Part shown: positions 27,385 to 37,020 of the stretch, piece by piece
Numbering within the stretch: the stretch's first letter is position 1
Layout: each line of letters opens with the position of its first letter
DNA from: a virus
Strand: one strand, 5' to 3'
Length of the DNA stretch: 64,000 nucleotides
IMG/VR virus record: IMGVR_UViG_3300050011_000542
Span: 31,217 to 95,216 of that record
Program-made: the position numbers and the translations under genes
The notes under the pieces: generated by a model
What the model saw: only the letters and a program-made list of their open reading frames with translations
The model's database searches: none
What the model was told of the DNA's origin: nothing

Positions 27385-28622
27385 AGACCGCTGGTTTCAT
27401 GTTTATGTCGGCGCTACTTACGAGCGGCAACAAGGCCGACAACTTGTCGCATGGGGCGCTAGGCCACCTGTTTACCGAGCTCGAACAGCCGGCCTACGCA
27501 TGGGTAAACCAGTTCTCCAAGAACTACGGTGACCTGCCTACGGTCGATACCTTTGAAGACGCGACCAAAGTCGAGCTGCCGATCGCCCCGGAGCCGGTAG
27601 CCTATTACCTAGACCTGCTTCGTCAGAGATATACGCACGACAGCCTGCTGGCAGGCATGGAGTCCGCTCGTAAGATCTTGGGCGACACTCACGACCAGGA
27701 AAAAGCCCTGGCTGGCTTAACCGACCTGGTAATGCAATTGGTTGCAGAGAAACACGGAGGCGTGTTGCGAGATTTCCGCGAGGCTTATGATTTGGTGATG
27801 TCGAGTTACTTAGCCAAAAAAAGCGGCGCCGAAGCGGGTATTAAATTTGGTTGGCCTACTCTGGATAAGATGACCGGAGGTATGGTTACGGGGGATGTGG
27901 TCAGTCTGATCGGAAAACCGGCAGCGGGTAAGTCGTGGCAGCTTTGCTATAACGCTTATCACGCTTGGTCTGAGCAGGATAAAGTGCCTCTGATTGTCTC
28001 GACGGAAATGGCTATGTTGGCCATAACCCAGCGCCTTGCCTCTCTGCATGCGAAAAAGAATTTCGGACAGATTAAAGACGGCACATTGACCAGCGTGGGG
28101 GAAAAACAAGTGTCGGACCGCCTCGGTACTTTGGCCGGAGCCCCGGTGCCTCTGTGGGTGCTGGACGGAAACCTGTCGAGTTCAGTCGAAGACATTTACG
28201 CCATTGCCCGTCAGGTAAAGCCTGACTGCATCTACATTGACGGGGCCTATTTGCTTACGCACCCTAAAGAGCACGACAGGTACAAGCGCGTGGCTGAAAA
28301 CACCAGCTTGATCAAAAAAGAGCTGGCCAGTTTATGCCCCGTGGTGTGCTCCTGGCAGTTCTCCCGAGAGGCTGCCAAAAAGAAGAAGATCGAAGAGGTT
28401 GGCCTTGACGAAATTGGTTATAGCAATGCCATTGGAGAAATTTCCAGCATCGCCTTGGGGCTCTTTCAGGAAGAGAGCGTTGAGACAGTGAAGGGTAGGG
28501 TGGTAAATATCTTGAAAGGTAGAAACGGAGAGACTGGTCGGTTTACGACCAACTGGAATTTTTCCCTGATGGATTTCAGTGAGAGGGTCGAAGTGGCCTT
28601 CGAAAAAATCCAATACCCATAG
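27381..28622 (+). CDS. dnaB: replicative DNA helicase, DnaB-like
   Basis: LDKMTGG, GKPAAGKS, STEM, YIDG-YL, LKGRNG. Confidence 0.9.
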   Translation: MKTAGFMFMSALLTSGNKADNLSHGALGHLFTELEQPAYAWVNQFSKNYGDLPTVDTFEDATKVELPIAPEPVAYYLDLLRQRYTHDSLLAGMESARKILGDTHDQEKALAGLTDLVMQLVAEKHGGVLRDFREAYDLVMSSYLAKKSGAEAGIKFGWPTLDKMTGGMVTGDVVSLIGKPAAGKSWQLCYNAYHAWSEQDKVPLIVSTEMAMLAITQRLASLHAKKNFGQIKDGTLTSVGEKQVSDRLGTLAGAPVPLWVLDGNLSSSVEDIYAIARQVKPDCIYIDGAYLLTHPKEHDRYKRVAENTSLIKKELASLCPVVCSWQFSREAAKKKKIEEVGLDEIGYSNAIGEISSIALGLFQEESVETVKGRVVNILKGRNGETGRFTTNWNFSLMDFSERVEVAFEKIQYP

Positions 28623-28632
28623 CCATTTTTCC

Positions 28633-28660
28633 TTGTCTTTCGTCCGGTCACCGCTACGAT
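28633..28660 (+). promoter_or_regulatory. sigma70-like promoter with 16-bp spacer (example of ~11)
   Basis: TTGTCT-16-TACGAT preceded by a T-tract; same spacing at 23536, 30997, 38847, 41402, 42808, 43930, 45468, 47731, 49165, 60292. Confidence 0.7.
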
Positions 28661-28698
28661 ACCCTTACTCAAATTCTCTTATTCCCACGGAGGGGAAA

Positions 28699-29142
28699 AT
28701 GGCTAAATCAGCAGTCCAGATGTTAAAGGACGAGGTTAATCCGGAGACGGAGATGACCGGCCTTATCGACAGCCTGGGCGCTCGCGCAGCGGAGTTCGAG
28801 AAAGCCAAAAAGCTGGTCCGCGAGTTTCAGAACGACCAGACCCGGTTGCGTGCCCTGATCGATGAAAAGAACAAGCCAGACGAGACGGGTTCGGCTGTTG
28901 GCTCCAATTTCATCGTCGATTTCGGGGCCAAGGGCAAAGAGCGCAAGATCGTCGACATGAAGCCGATCGTAGAGCGGCTCGGCGCTAAGGTGTTTCTCAC
29001 CGTGTGCAGCTTTCCTCTGGGTCAGGTTGACGACCTGTTTACCAAGGCAGAGCGCGACAAGTTCGTGACCGAGTCTCAGAATGGTTCGCGCAGCCTGGAG
29101 TTTAAGCCGGCTCGGGTATCCCTGGCAGAAGCCGCCGAGTAG
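28699..29142 (+). CDS. hypothetical protein
   Basis: Promoter and hairpin RBS precede ATG 28699. Confidence 0.7.
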   Translation: MAKSAVQMLKDEVNPETEMTGLIDSLGARAAEFEKAKKLVREFQNDQTRLRALIDEKNKPDETGSAVGSNFIVDFGAKGKERKIVDMKPIVERLGAKVFLTVCSFPLGQVDDLFTKAERDKFVTESQNGSRSLEFKPARVSLAEAAE

Positions 29143-29171
29143 GATCAAAACACCACGGATGGTGTCGTGTC

Positions 29172-29648
29172 ATGAGCTTCACCGACAAAGAACTTTCGGA
29201 TTGTGTGCCGGGCTTGCTCCGCTACGCACGGTCTCTTACCCGTAACCCTGATAAGGCTGAAGACTTATTAAACGACACGATCTGTCGGGCTTTAAAGAAG
29301 CGACATCTTTATACCGAAGACGCCAAGCTGAAACAGTGGCTTGGTGTGATTATGCACAGCCAGTACGTGAATTATGTTCGTAGAATTGCCCGCGAAGGAA
29401 AGTCTGTAGAGGTTCGAGATACTGATCCGGCTCTGACTTATCAGGCTGATCAAGATTGTGGTCTTAGAATGCGCGATCTTGCTAGGGCTTTCGGCCAGCT
29501 TTCAGAAGATCAGCAGCAGGTTATTATGCTTATCGGCGTTGAAGGAAAACGCTACGATACAGCTGCAGAGATTGTGGGCATCCCGGTAGGCACTATCCGA
29601 AGTCGTTTAAGCCGGGGCCGAGTTAATCTGAAAGAATTAGTTGGTTAA
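29172..29648 (+). CDS. ECF RNA polymerase sigma factor
   Basis: LLRYARSLTRN--KAEDLL-D, WL--IMH, GIPVGTIRSRLSRGR. Confidence 0.9.
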   Translation: MSFTDKELSDCVPGLLRYARSLTRNPDKAEDLLNDTICRALKKRHLYTEDAKLKQWLGVIMHSQYVNYVRRIAREGKSVEVRDTDPALTYQADQDCGLRMRDLARAFGQLSEDQQQVIMLIGVEGKRYDTAAEIVGIPVGTIRSRLSRGRVNLKELVG

Positions 29649-29664
29649 ACCACGGAGGTTAACC

Positions 29665-30057
29665 TTGCCTGTACCCATCACGCCTAAGTATCTGGACGAT
29701 CTTCGGTCAGAAGCTAAAAGTCAGCAGCGTCGAGGCCGGCAGTATTTCAACAATGAACTGACGCCGCTGCAATTGATTGCACTGCTCGACGAGCTATATC
29801 GCCTTGAAGGCCGAGAGCATGACTTGCTGCAGTCGAACAATCATTATCTGGAGCGGGCGCGTGTTGCCGAAGCCCAAGTCAGGGTCGTGCAGGAGGGTGT
29901 TTTCAAGCGTATTTCAGAAATGGTGATGCACGCTGCCTCCCCGACTATCCTTGTGTACGACGGTGTTATACCGGAAGACGTAAAGAACAAGCTGTCGAGC
30001 AACTGGAAGGGTCTAGCCGATAGCTATTACGGTCAGTTCAAGAAGGCGGGTTCGTGA
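29665..30057 (+). CDS. hypothetical coiled-coil protein
   Basis: LLQSNNHYLERAR phage motif; hairpin RBS. Confidence 0.6.
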   Translation: MPVPITPKYLDDLRSEAKSQQRRGRQYFNNELTPLQLIALLDELYRLEGREHDLLQSNNHYLERARVAEAQVRVVQEGVFKRISEMVMHAASPTILVYDGVIPEDVKNKLSSNWKGLADSYYGQFKKAGS

Positions 30058-30989
30058 CAGAAGACGAAATCCGTGAGTTTGTAGGGCTGCTTGGGCAGAA
30101 GACCGGAGAGTTTCGAGCCGGATGGGTGACGTGTACTTGCGCTCTTGCCCCCTGGACACACACTCACGGTGGTAAAGACAAGTCCCCTACCTTCGGGATC
30201 AAGATCGAAGAAGGCTTGCCCTTCGTATCGTGCTTTGCCTGTGATTTCCACGGCAAGCTGTGTGATCTGATCGTCGAGCTGCATTATCTGGGCTCTGAAC
30301 TGCCGCTGGGCGCTTTGCTGGCAAAGCTGGACGGCCTCGATATCGAAATCGAGAAGCCGATCGCCAACTGGGAGGAGCAAGCCTGGCGGCATGAGGAAGC
30401 AATCTTCCCAGAGTGGCTGCGCGAAGCACTGGAGCCTGCTTGGTGTGACGGAGAGGTTCATCCATATCTGGGGGATAGAGGCGTGCCAGTGGTCACGGCC
30501 CAGGCCCTGGATATCTGTTGGGATGACTTCCGACAACGCATCGTGTTCCCGGTAAGAGATTTTAAGGGCCGTCTGCGCGGTTTACACGGCCGCTCCATCT
30601 ATCCCCACGTCGAGCCCAGATACCGCATGTACCCGTTCGAGAAGAAAACTAACCCCCATGTCTGGCTAGGTGAGCATTGGGTAGACTTCGAGAAGACGGT
30701 TGTCGTGACTGAAAGCGTGTTCGATCTCGCCAGGGTCCATCAGGTCTACGAGAACACCGTGACACCGTTGCGAGCTAGCCTGAGCGTTGAGCAGGTTAAG
30801 CGCATGCTTGGTGCTCGTAAGATAATCACCCTATTCGATAATGACAAAGCCGGGGAGAAGGCTCGCTCGAAGATGTCCCTGGTCCTACGCAGCCAAGAAA
30901 TAGTCCACTTGCTGCCTCCCGAAGAATTTGGAGATGCCGGGGCCACGCCTCTTGATCAGCTTGGTATGATTTTAGAACCGCACCTGTAA
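30054..30989 (+). CDS. DNA primase (Zn finger + TOPRIM)
   Basis: C..H..CFAC, RIVFPV, VVTES-FD, FDNDKAG. Confidence 0.9.
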   Translation: MTEDEIREFVGLLGQKTGEFRAGWVTCTCALAPWTHTHGGKDKSPTFGIKIEEGLPFVSCFACDFHGKLCDLIVELHYLGSELPLGALLAKLDGLDIEIEKPIANWEEQAWRHEEAIFPEWLREALEPAWCDGEVHPYLGDRGVPVVTAQALDICWDDFRQRIVFPVRDFKGRLRGLHGRSIYPHVEPRYRMYPFEKKTNPHVWLGEHWVDFEKTVVVTESVFDLARVHQVYENTVTPLRASLSVEQVKRMLGARKIITLFDNDKAGEKARSKMSLVLRSQEIVHLLPPEEFGDAGATPLDQLGMILEPHL

Positions 30990-31073
30990 TAGACGATTGA
31001 CTGTGTAAGTGTGGCGGCTAGACTACACGAATCACTGGATGTGATTTTCTGATCTCACGGAGGAGATTGAAAC

Positions 31074-31940
31074 ATGGGTATCAAATTTACTGGTAAAGCC
31101 GCTGCTGCGGTAGCTGCCCAGCCTGATGAAGGCACCCAAGACAATACGGGACAGGCCGGGGCGCACGGAGTTCAGCCAGCCCCTCTTAGCTTCGTAAAGC
31201 CCGGCGTTGCTATTGCAACTGCCCAGGCGGCTCCCAAGTCCACAGTAAGCTGGATGAAGAAGGGTCTCGCCCTCCAGTCAGCTCTCCAGAAAGACGAAAC
31301 TATTGCGGCCGAGCGCAAGGCCGACCGTGAGAAGCTCTGGCGCTTTCGCATGAAAGCCGGCCAGGAGCGGACAGTCACCTTTCTCGACGGCAACCTCGAC
31401 GCTAACGGCATGCTGAACGCAGTTGCTTTCCGCGAGCATCGTGTACCGTTCCAGGGCGGCTATCAGAACTACATCTGCACCGAAGACAATGAACCGTGCC
31501 CGATCTGCCAGGGCGGTGATCAGTCTTCGTTGGTGTTCGCTTTCACGATCATCGACCACACGCCCTATACGTACACCAGTGGCCAGAATGCCGGTAAGAC
31601 GGTGAGTGACCGGGTGAGATTGTTTGCCTGCAAACGAACCTCCTACCTGATGCTGCAGAAGCATGCGACGGCCCAGGGCGGTCTAGCAGGTGTCACGTTT
31701 GAGATTACCCGCACCACCGATAAGTCCCCAGGTGTTGGCGATGTTTTCGTGCCGACCATGAAGAACAGTATCGCCGATATCCAAGCCCAGCTGCCAGATG
31801 CCAAGGTAGCCAATTACGAAGAAGAATTGATCTACCGTGATGCCGCTACCCTGTCTGCTATGGGGCTGGGCAAGACGGTTACGACGATCGGCGCCAAGTC
31901 TTCGTCTGCAACCATGCAGCAGGCTGAAGATTTGTTATAG
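31074..31940 (+). CDS. single-stranded DNA-binding protein (gp32-like, Zn-binding)
   Basis: EH..YICTE..CPIC, FTIID, FEITR; replication-module context. Confidence 0.65.
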   Translation: MGIKFTGKAAAAVAAQPDEGTQDNTGQAGAHGVQPAPLSFVKPGVAIATAQAAPKSTVSWMKKGLALQSALQKDETIAAERKADREKLWRFRMKAGQERTVTFLDGNLDANGMLNAVAFREHRVPFQGGYQNYICTEDNEPCPICQGGDQSSLVFAFTIIDHTPYTYTSGQNAGKTVSDRVRLFACKRTSYLMLQKHATAQGGLAGVTFEITRTTDKSPGVGDVFVPTMKNSIADIQAQLPDAKVANYEEELIYRDAATLSAMGLGKTVTTIGAKSSSATMQQAEDLL

Positions 31941-31951
31941 GACGATCTGAG

Positions 31952-32027
31952 GCCGGGTTAGCTCAGTTGATAGAGCACCGCCTTTGTAAGGCGTGGGTCG
32001 GAGGTTTGAGTCCTTCACCCGGCACCA
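31952..32027 (+). tRNA. tRNA-Thr(TGT)
   Basis: GCCGGGT/ACCCGGC acceptor stem, loop TT-TGT-AA, T-loop TTTGAGT, encoded CCA. Confidence 0.9.
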
Positions 32028-32053
32028 GACCCCACCACGGATGGTAATCGGGC

Positions 32054-32191
32054 ATGGAAGCTTTCCATAGAATTCTGTCTGGGCAAGCCCTGACAAAGAG
32101 ACAGCTGACGTGGTGCGGTCGGGTTGTTCTCGTCTGGATGACAATGGATGTGATCCAGTTTGCTGATATGGTTGTCGGGTGGTTTAAGTGA
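32054..32191 (+). CDS. small hydrophobic protein (45 aa, not in ORF track)
   Basis: Hairpin RBS ACC-ACGGAT-GGT; GTGA coupling to the helicase. Confidence 0.5.
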   Translation: MEAFHRILSGQALTKRQLTWCGRVVLVWMTMDVIQFADMVVGWFK

Positions 32192-33531
32192 CATCTGTCG
32201 CTGACTTGCTTATGTCAGAACCACCGATGATGACCGGGGCCAGTGCTGTTTACGAATACAGCGAAGCTCTGGAAAAGCGCTTCGAGGCAGTGTCTCGCTT
32301 CGGCGATCCGTTTTCGATGTCTAAGGTAGTAGGCAAGCATCTGCATCTGCCCCGAGCGGTATGCCCTATGGGGCTGGACCTCCGGGTAGACGGCGTTGCA
32401 ATTGATTTCACTTCCAGCTTCGTGCCTAGGTCGGTAGAGCAAGCCCGTGTCGTCTCCGAGGTAGTCGCCTGTCTGAAAGCCGGCCACAGCGGGGTTTTAC
32501 AGGCCCCGACAGGATTCGGGAAAACCGCTGTTTTTTCTGAAGTAATTGCTCAGCTTGGTATTAAGCCGTTAATCATCGTTACGAAGGACGATTTACAAAA
32601 TCAATGGATAGATGCCGCCCAGAAGATGCTAGGACTAAAGCCAAAAGAAATAGGTCTTATCCGGCAAGATACATGTCAAGTAGAAGGCCGTAAATTTGTA
32701 ATTGGCATGATACATTCTCTTTCCATACCGGGGAGATATCCGCAATGGATACTTGATGAGTTCGGACTCGTATGCTGGGACGAGGTACACCATATTTCCG
32801 CAGAGAGTTTTAGCAACACTGCTCAATTGTTTCCTAGCAAGCTTCGGTGGGGGCTGTCTGCCACGGTAGACCGTGTGGACGGAAAAGAAGTTCTGATTTT
32901 CGCTAACATCGGCCCGATCAGAGTAAAAGCTCATGACCTGCCGATGACGCCCAGGATTGTCCAGGTGATGACCAACTGGATGTGTCCCCGTGTCAGGAAG
33001 ATTGACGAGGAAGGAAGGCAGAAGGTCGTAAGACTGCCGCACTCGCCAGGTAAGTGCGGCCATATCACTAAGATAATATCAAAAGATATAGGTCGTAACA
33101 CTAGATTGGCTGCTATCACGATGGCTTGTCATGCCAAGGGGCGCAGGATCGTTGTTTTCTCCGATCTACTCGAACACCTGGATCGCTTTAAGGGCATGCT
33201 GTCGGGGCTGCCCAGCAAGGATATCGGCTATTACGTCGGTGGCATGAAGCAGTCTGAGCTCGACAAGTCGAAAGCTTGTCGGATCATTCTGGCAACCTAC
33301 CACATGATGAGCGAAGGCAGTGACATCCCCTGGCTCGATACCGCTGTGCTGCTAACGCCACGATCGGATGTTAGGCAAGTGGTCGGCCGTATTCTGAGAG
33401 AGCATCCAGACAAGCAAGAGCCTTTGGTAATCGACCCTGTTGATGACGACAGCCCAGTGTATGCCGGCTATGCCAAGCGTCGTAGGCACTGGTATCGGGC
33501 TATCGGCGCCGTCGTGGCCCAGGCCAGCTAA
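32188..33531 (+). CDS. superfamily 2 DEAD/DEAH helicase (UvsW-like)
   Basis: APTGFGKT, DEVHH, GLSAT, QVVGRILR. Confidence 0.92.
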   Translation: MTSVADLLMSEPPMMTGASAVYEYSEALEKRFEAVSRFGDPFSMSKVVGKHLHLPRAVCPMGLDLRVDGVAIDFTSSFVPRSVEQARVVSEVVACLKAGHSGVLQAPTGFGKTAVFSEVIAQLGIKPLIIVTKDDLQNQWIDAAQKMLGLKPKEIGLIRQDTCQVEGRKFVIGMIHSLSIPGRYPQWILDEFGLVCWDEVHHISAESFSNTAQLFPSKLRWGLSATVDRVDGKEVLIFANIGPIRVKAHDLPMTPRIVQVMTNWMCPRVRKIDEEGRQKVVRLPHSPGKCGHITKIISKDIGRNTRLAAITMACHAKGRRIVVFSDLLEHLDRFKGMLSGLPSKDIGYYVGGMKQSELDKSKACRIILATYHMMSEGSDIPWLDTAVLLTPRSDVRQVVGRILREHPDKQEPLVIDPVDDDSPVYAGYAKRRRHWYRAIGAVVAQAS

Positions 33532-33921
33532 ATGCCCTACCGAGAGATAAATGGACAGAAAGTTAGAGTGTTTCGCGTAGGCGAGGTTGCTCGACGTTTA
33601 GGAGTCTGCCGGCGAACACTATTCAACTGGGAGCAACGCGGTTGGGTGCCTAAATTCAATGACTTCCCCAAGCATCGAGTATATACTGAGTATCAGCTAC
33701 GACTTCTCCGACAATTGAGTGTCGTGTTGAAGCGCTGGTATCGTCTGAAGCACTTGCCAATACCTGCCGCCCAAATCGATCGAAGCATTACGATTGTTAA
33801 AACCCGATGGGATCGCGTGCCTGGAGTGACCGATGCAATCGAAGACTCTAAAAGGGCAGCTATGGCTAAAGCACGAGAACAGCGCGGAAGAGTCTTTCGA
33901 GGAGGAGATCGGCATGTCTGA
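33532..33921 (+). CDS. MerR-type HTH DNA-binding protein
   Basis: FRVGEVARRLGVCRRTLFNWEQRG..HRVYT. Confidence 0.75.
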   Translation: MPYREINGQKVRVFRVGEVARRLGVCRRTLFNWEQRGWVPKFNDFPKHRVYTEYQLRLLRQLSVVLKRWYRLKHLPIPAAQIDRSITIVKTRWDRVPGVTDAIEDSKRAAMAKAREQRGRVFRGGDRHV

Positions 33922-34126
33922 GTCGACGACCGTAGGCCCTAAAGTAGCTGTCGCTGTCGAGGCCAGTATGACCTTGAACATGGGCAACTACAACTCGGGT
34001 AAGTGCGGGGTTAGCGTGTCTATCCCCTGCGAAATTCACGAGCTCGAAGATATCTATTCATTTGCCCGTGATTGGGTAGATGGTAAAATGGAAGAATTGG
34101 TCACTCGACTGCAATCGTCGAAGTAA
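33833..34126 (+). CDS. hypothetical protein
   Basis: TLNMGNYNS phage motif; start could be 33914. Confidence 0.6.
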   Translation: MQSKTLKGQLWLKHENSAEESFEEEIGMSESTTVGPKVAVAVEASMTLNMGNYNSGKCGVSVSIPCEIHELEDIYSFARDWVDGKMEELVTRLQSSK

Positions 34127-34153
34127 CCAGGGCAGGCCCACGGAGGGGCGTAT

Positions 34154-36229
34154 ATGGCAACCACAGCCGAGTTGTTTACGGGATTTTGTAAGGCTCACGG
34201 CGACGATGTAGGAAGCTTCGGGGGAACGCTTATGGAGGTGCCCCGTATCCCTACCGGGTTCTTTGCTTTCGATCTTGCTTCCGGAGGTGGTTTGCCGAAA
34301 GGTCGAGTGTCGATCATTGTAGGGCCAGAGAGCAGCTGTAAGTCCAATTTGGCCCTGCGAGCTATCGCTAATCATCAGCGCTTGTGGCCTGACCAGACGA
34401 ACGTGTTCTTTGACCTAGAGCATACGCTTGATCCGGGCTGGGCCAGGGCACTAGGGGTCGATACCGATAAGCTGTTGGTGCTTGAGCCTTCTTATGCTGA
34501 GCAGTGTGTCGACATGATCGACGGCCTATTGGAGACCGACGATATCGGCATGGTAGTTCTCGACAGCGTAGCTGCAATGGCGTCCACGGCCGAGATCGAG
34601 AAGGAAACCGAGAAATCGAATATGGGTGTTTCCGGCAACGTGATGTCGAAGCTGGTCAAGAAGTCCACGCACACGATGGGACAGGCTAGGAAGAAGGGTG
34701 GCTCAGGCACCCTGATCTATGTGAACCAGGTTAGAACCAAGCTGGGAGTGGTGTTTGGAGATCCAGAGTGTCTTCATGGTGATACGCCTATCAACTTCGT
34801 TGACGGTCGTCACCTGACGATCAGGGAAGTTGTCGAACAGAAATTAGACGGCCCAATTTGGGCGTTCGACGAAACCAACGGAAGTTTCGTGCAAGCTCGT
34901 ATCCTAAGTCACCATTACAATGGACAAGCTAAGGACGGAGAGTTTCTCACCGTTACCTCGGAGGCTCTGGACACCAAGAACGGTGTTCTATCCGCTACCG
35001 TGAGTGTAACTCATAAGTTTTTCACTGACAGCGGATGGAAACAAGCGAGAGAGCTGACGACGGAAGATAAACTTCTTACTCGATACCGTAGCGTCATAGG
35101 CGGTTCTTTGAGAAAGTTTCTGACCGGGGCTTTGTGCGGTGATACCTCCATCGAGCGTCAAGGAGATCGAGCTCGTCGAGTAGGATTGCGGTTTAGTGAC
35201 CGTAATGACCCGGACTACGCTATGTGGAAATGGAAATTACTGGCTCCGTACTTTGGAGGTAGGAGTGACGTATCAGGGCTGCGCATTCCAGCAGCAACAG
35301 AGTTGTCTTACTTTGTAGAAAACTTCGGTGGTTGTCGTCATCCGGCTCCGTTGTTCGCTGATTTTTCATGGTTAGCATTTGCAATATGGATGCTTGACGA
35401 CGGCAATTATTGTCGAGGCAGATACACGCTCGCCATCGGCAGGTTTAGAACTAAGCCGGATGTGCGCGCTTGGATATCAGCTAGACTGAATGACTTAGGT
35501 CTGAGTCACCGATGGCATCAAGATAAGAATGTGGTATTTTCCACGGCTGTTAGTGCCTATATCGCAGAGAAAATCGCTGAGTTTGTTCCGCCTTGTATGC
35601 ACCGTAAACTTCCTGAACACCTTAGAGGTGTAGGACTGACGGAATTGCAAGGGAAAGACAGTCAGGTGCCAAGTTGGGTCACGATTACGTCTATCGTTCA
35701 GTCTTCTCCTAGAAAGTACCGAGAGAGAGGCTTGTACGATATTCATGTTGAAGGGCATCACAACTACCTGGCGGGTAACGTAGACAACGGTTTCGTCGTG
35801 CATAACACCATGCCCGGAGGAATGGCCCAGAAGTTTCAAGCATCAATGATTGTTCGCCTGTACGGCAAGAACATCGTGGACCCCAAAATCCACAAGACCA
35901 TGCCAATCGCAAAGAACGTAAAGGCTGTTATCAAGAAGTGGAAGGTGCCCATCTTAGCGGTCGGGGCCGAGTTCGAAATGGTCACTTACCCGCACAAGGG
36001 CCTTGGCGTAGGCGAGACAGATGATTGGTCAGTGGTGTCCGAATACCTCAAGACCTTCGGTCAGATAGAGAAGCAGAAAGACGGATACCTGATGTTGGGT
36101 GAGTCTTATCCGACTCAGAAGGCCATGCAGGAGCGCTTCTATACCGATCACAAGTTCTCTGACGATATTCGCTCGGCTTTGATCCAGCGGCTTCTGGAAG
36201 ATCCCAATTTGGTGCTAGAGCTCAAATAA
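34154..36229 (+). CDS. recA: RecA recombinase with intein
   Basis: FDLASGGGLPKGR, GPESSCKS, DLEH-LDP, VVLDSVAA, VNQVR, FGDPE|T-PGG---KF. Confidence 0.93.
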   Translation: MATTAELFTGFCKAHGDDVGSFGGTLMEVPRIPTGFFAFDLASGGGLPKGRVSIIVGPESSCKSNLALRAIANHQRLWPDQTNVFFDLEHTLDPGWARALGVDTDKLLVLEPSYAEQCVDMIDGLLETDDIGMVVLDSVAAMASTAEIEKETEKSNMGVSGNVMSKLVKKSTHTMGQARKKGGSGTLIYVNQVRTKLGVVFGDPECLHGDTPINFVDGRHLTIREVVEQKLDGPIWAFDETNGSFVQARILSHHYNGQAKDGEFLTVTSEALDTKNGVLSATVSVTHKFFTDSGWKQARELTTEDKLLTRYRSVIGGSLRKFLTGALCGDTSIERQGDRARRVGLRFSDRNDPDYAMWKWKLLAPYFGGRSDVSGLRIPAATELSYFVENFGGCRHPAPLFADFSWLAFAIWMLDDGNYCRGRYTLAIGRFRTKPDVRAWISARLNDLGLSHRWHQDKNVVFSTAVSAYIAEKIAEFVPPCMHRKLPEHLRGVGLTELQGKDSQVPSWVTITSIVQSSPRKYRERGLYDIHVEGHHNYLAGNVDNGFVVHNTMPGGMAQKFQASMIVRLYGKNIVDPKIHKTMPIAKNVKAVIKKWKVPILAVGAEFEMVTYPHKGLGVGETDDWSVVSEYLKTFGQIEKQKDGYLMLGESYPTQKAMQERFYTDHKFSDDIRSALIQRLLEDPNLVLELK
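34769..35806 (+). mobile_element. 346-aa intein with LAGLIDADG endonuclease
   Basis: Starts CLHGDT and ends VVHN|T; LTGALCGD and IWMLDDG motifs. Confidence 0.92.
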
Positions 36230-36244
36230 CCCACGGAGGGGTGA

Positions 36245-36667
36245 ATGGATCGTATCTATTTTGCACACGCGATGTGTGACTACGACACGGCCCGAGAGGG
36301 CTTCGCCATCATGAATATCGAGCGGGCATTTCCTCGCTGCGAGATTGTAAATCCCAATACGCCTAAGTTCTCGGAAGCCTATGAGAGATCGGGGAAAGAT
36401 TTCACCTACTGGCTGAAGCTGGCCCTGTCCTGTGATCGACTGGTGTTCATGGCCATGCCCGGTAAGGGCCGGCTGATCAGCTCTGGGGTGGCCAAGGAAG
36501 CCATGCTTTTCGACGGCAATCGCAAGCCAGTGTATGAAATCGACCGCAAGACCTTCCAGCTGCTGACTACAGTAGTGCCCAGGCCGGGGCCGTGGGAAAG
36601 GGTAATGTCCGAGGAAGACACCCGTAAGATTGTCGACATGATCAATGACTGGAGAGCTGTAGCTTGA
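36245..36667 (+). CDS. nucleoside 2-deoxyribosyltransferase-like fold protein
   Basis: IYFAH, IVNP, CDRLVF, SSGVAKE. Confidence 0.55.
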   Translation: MDRIYFAHAMCDYDTAREGFAIMNIERAFPRCEIVNPNTPKFSEAYERSGKDFTYWLKLALSCDRLVFMAMPGKGRLISSGVAKEAMLFDGNRKPVYEIDRKTFQLLTTVVPRPGPWERVMSEEDTRKIVDMINDWRAVA

Positions 36668-37020
36668 ACAGGTGGATTGACCGTCAGAGTGGTATCGGCA
36701 AGGCAGGCCGGCGATCGGAGAAGCATGACGCCAAGCGCCTAGGGGCCAGACTAACGCCCGGTTCTGGCATGTTGCCCGGCGCCAAAGGGGATATGACCAA
36801 AGGCCAGTTCCTGGTCGAGTCCAAGTCGACGATTAACGGTAGCCTGGGCTTGAAGCTGGATTGGCTGCTCAAGATTGGCGGCGAAGCCAGGGCACTTGGT
36901 AAGACTCCGGCCATGCTCCTAAATTTCACGACCGGAGACGGCACTGCACGAGAGAGTTGGGCTCTGGTCCCGCTCTGGGTATTCAAAGAGTGCTGCAATC
37001 AATTGCAGGAGGAACAATGA
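36664..37020 (+). CDS. PD-(D/E)xK nuclease / Holliday junction resolvase-like
   Basis: PGSG...KGD, LVESKST. Confidence 0.7.
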   Translation: MNRWIDRQSGIGKAGRRSEKHDAKRLGARLTPGSGMLPGAKGDMTKGQFLVESKSTINGSLGLKLDWLLKIGGEARALGKTPAMLLNFTTGDGTARESWALVPLWVFKECCNQLQEEQ

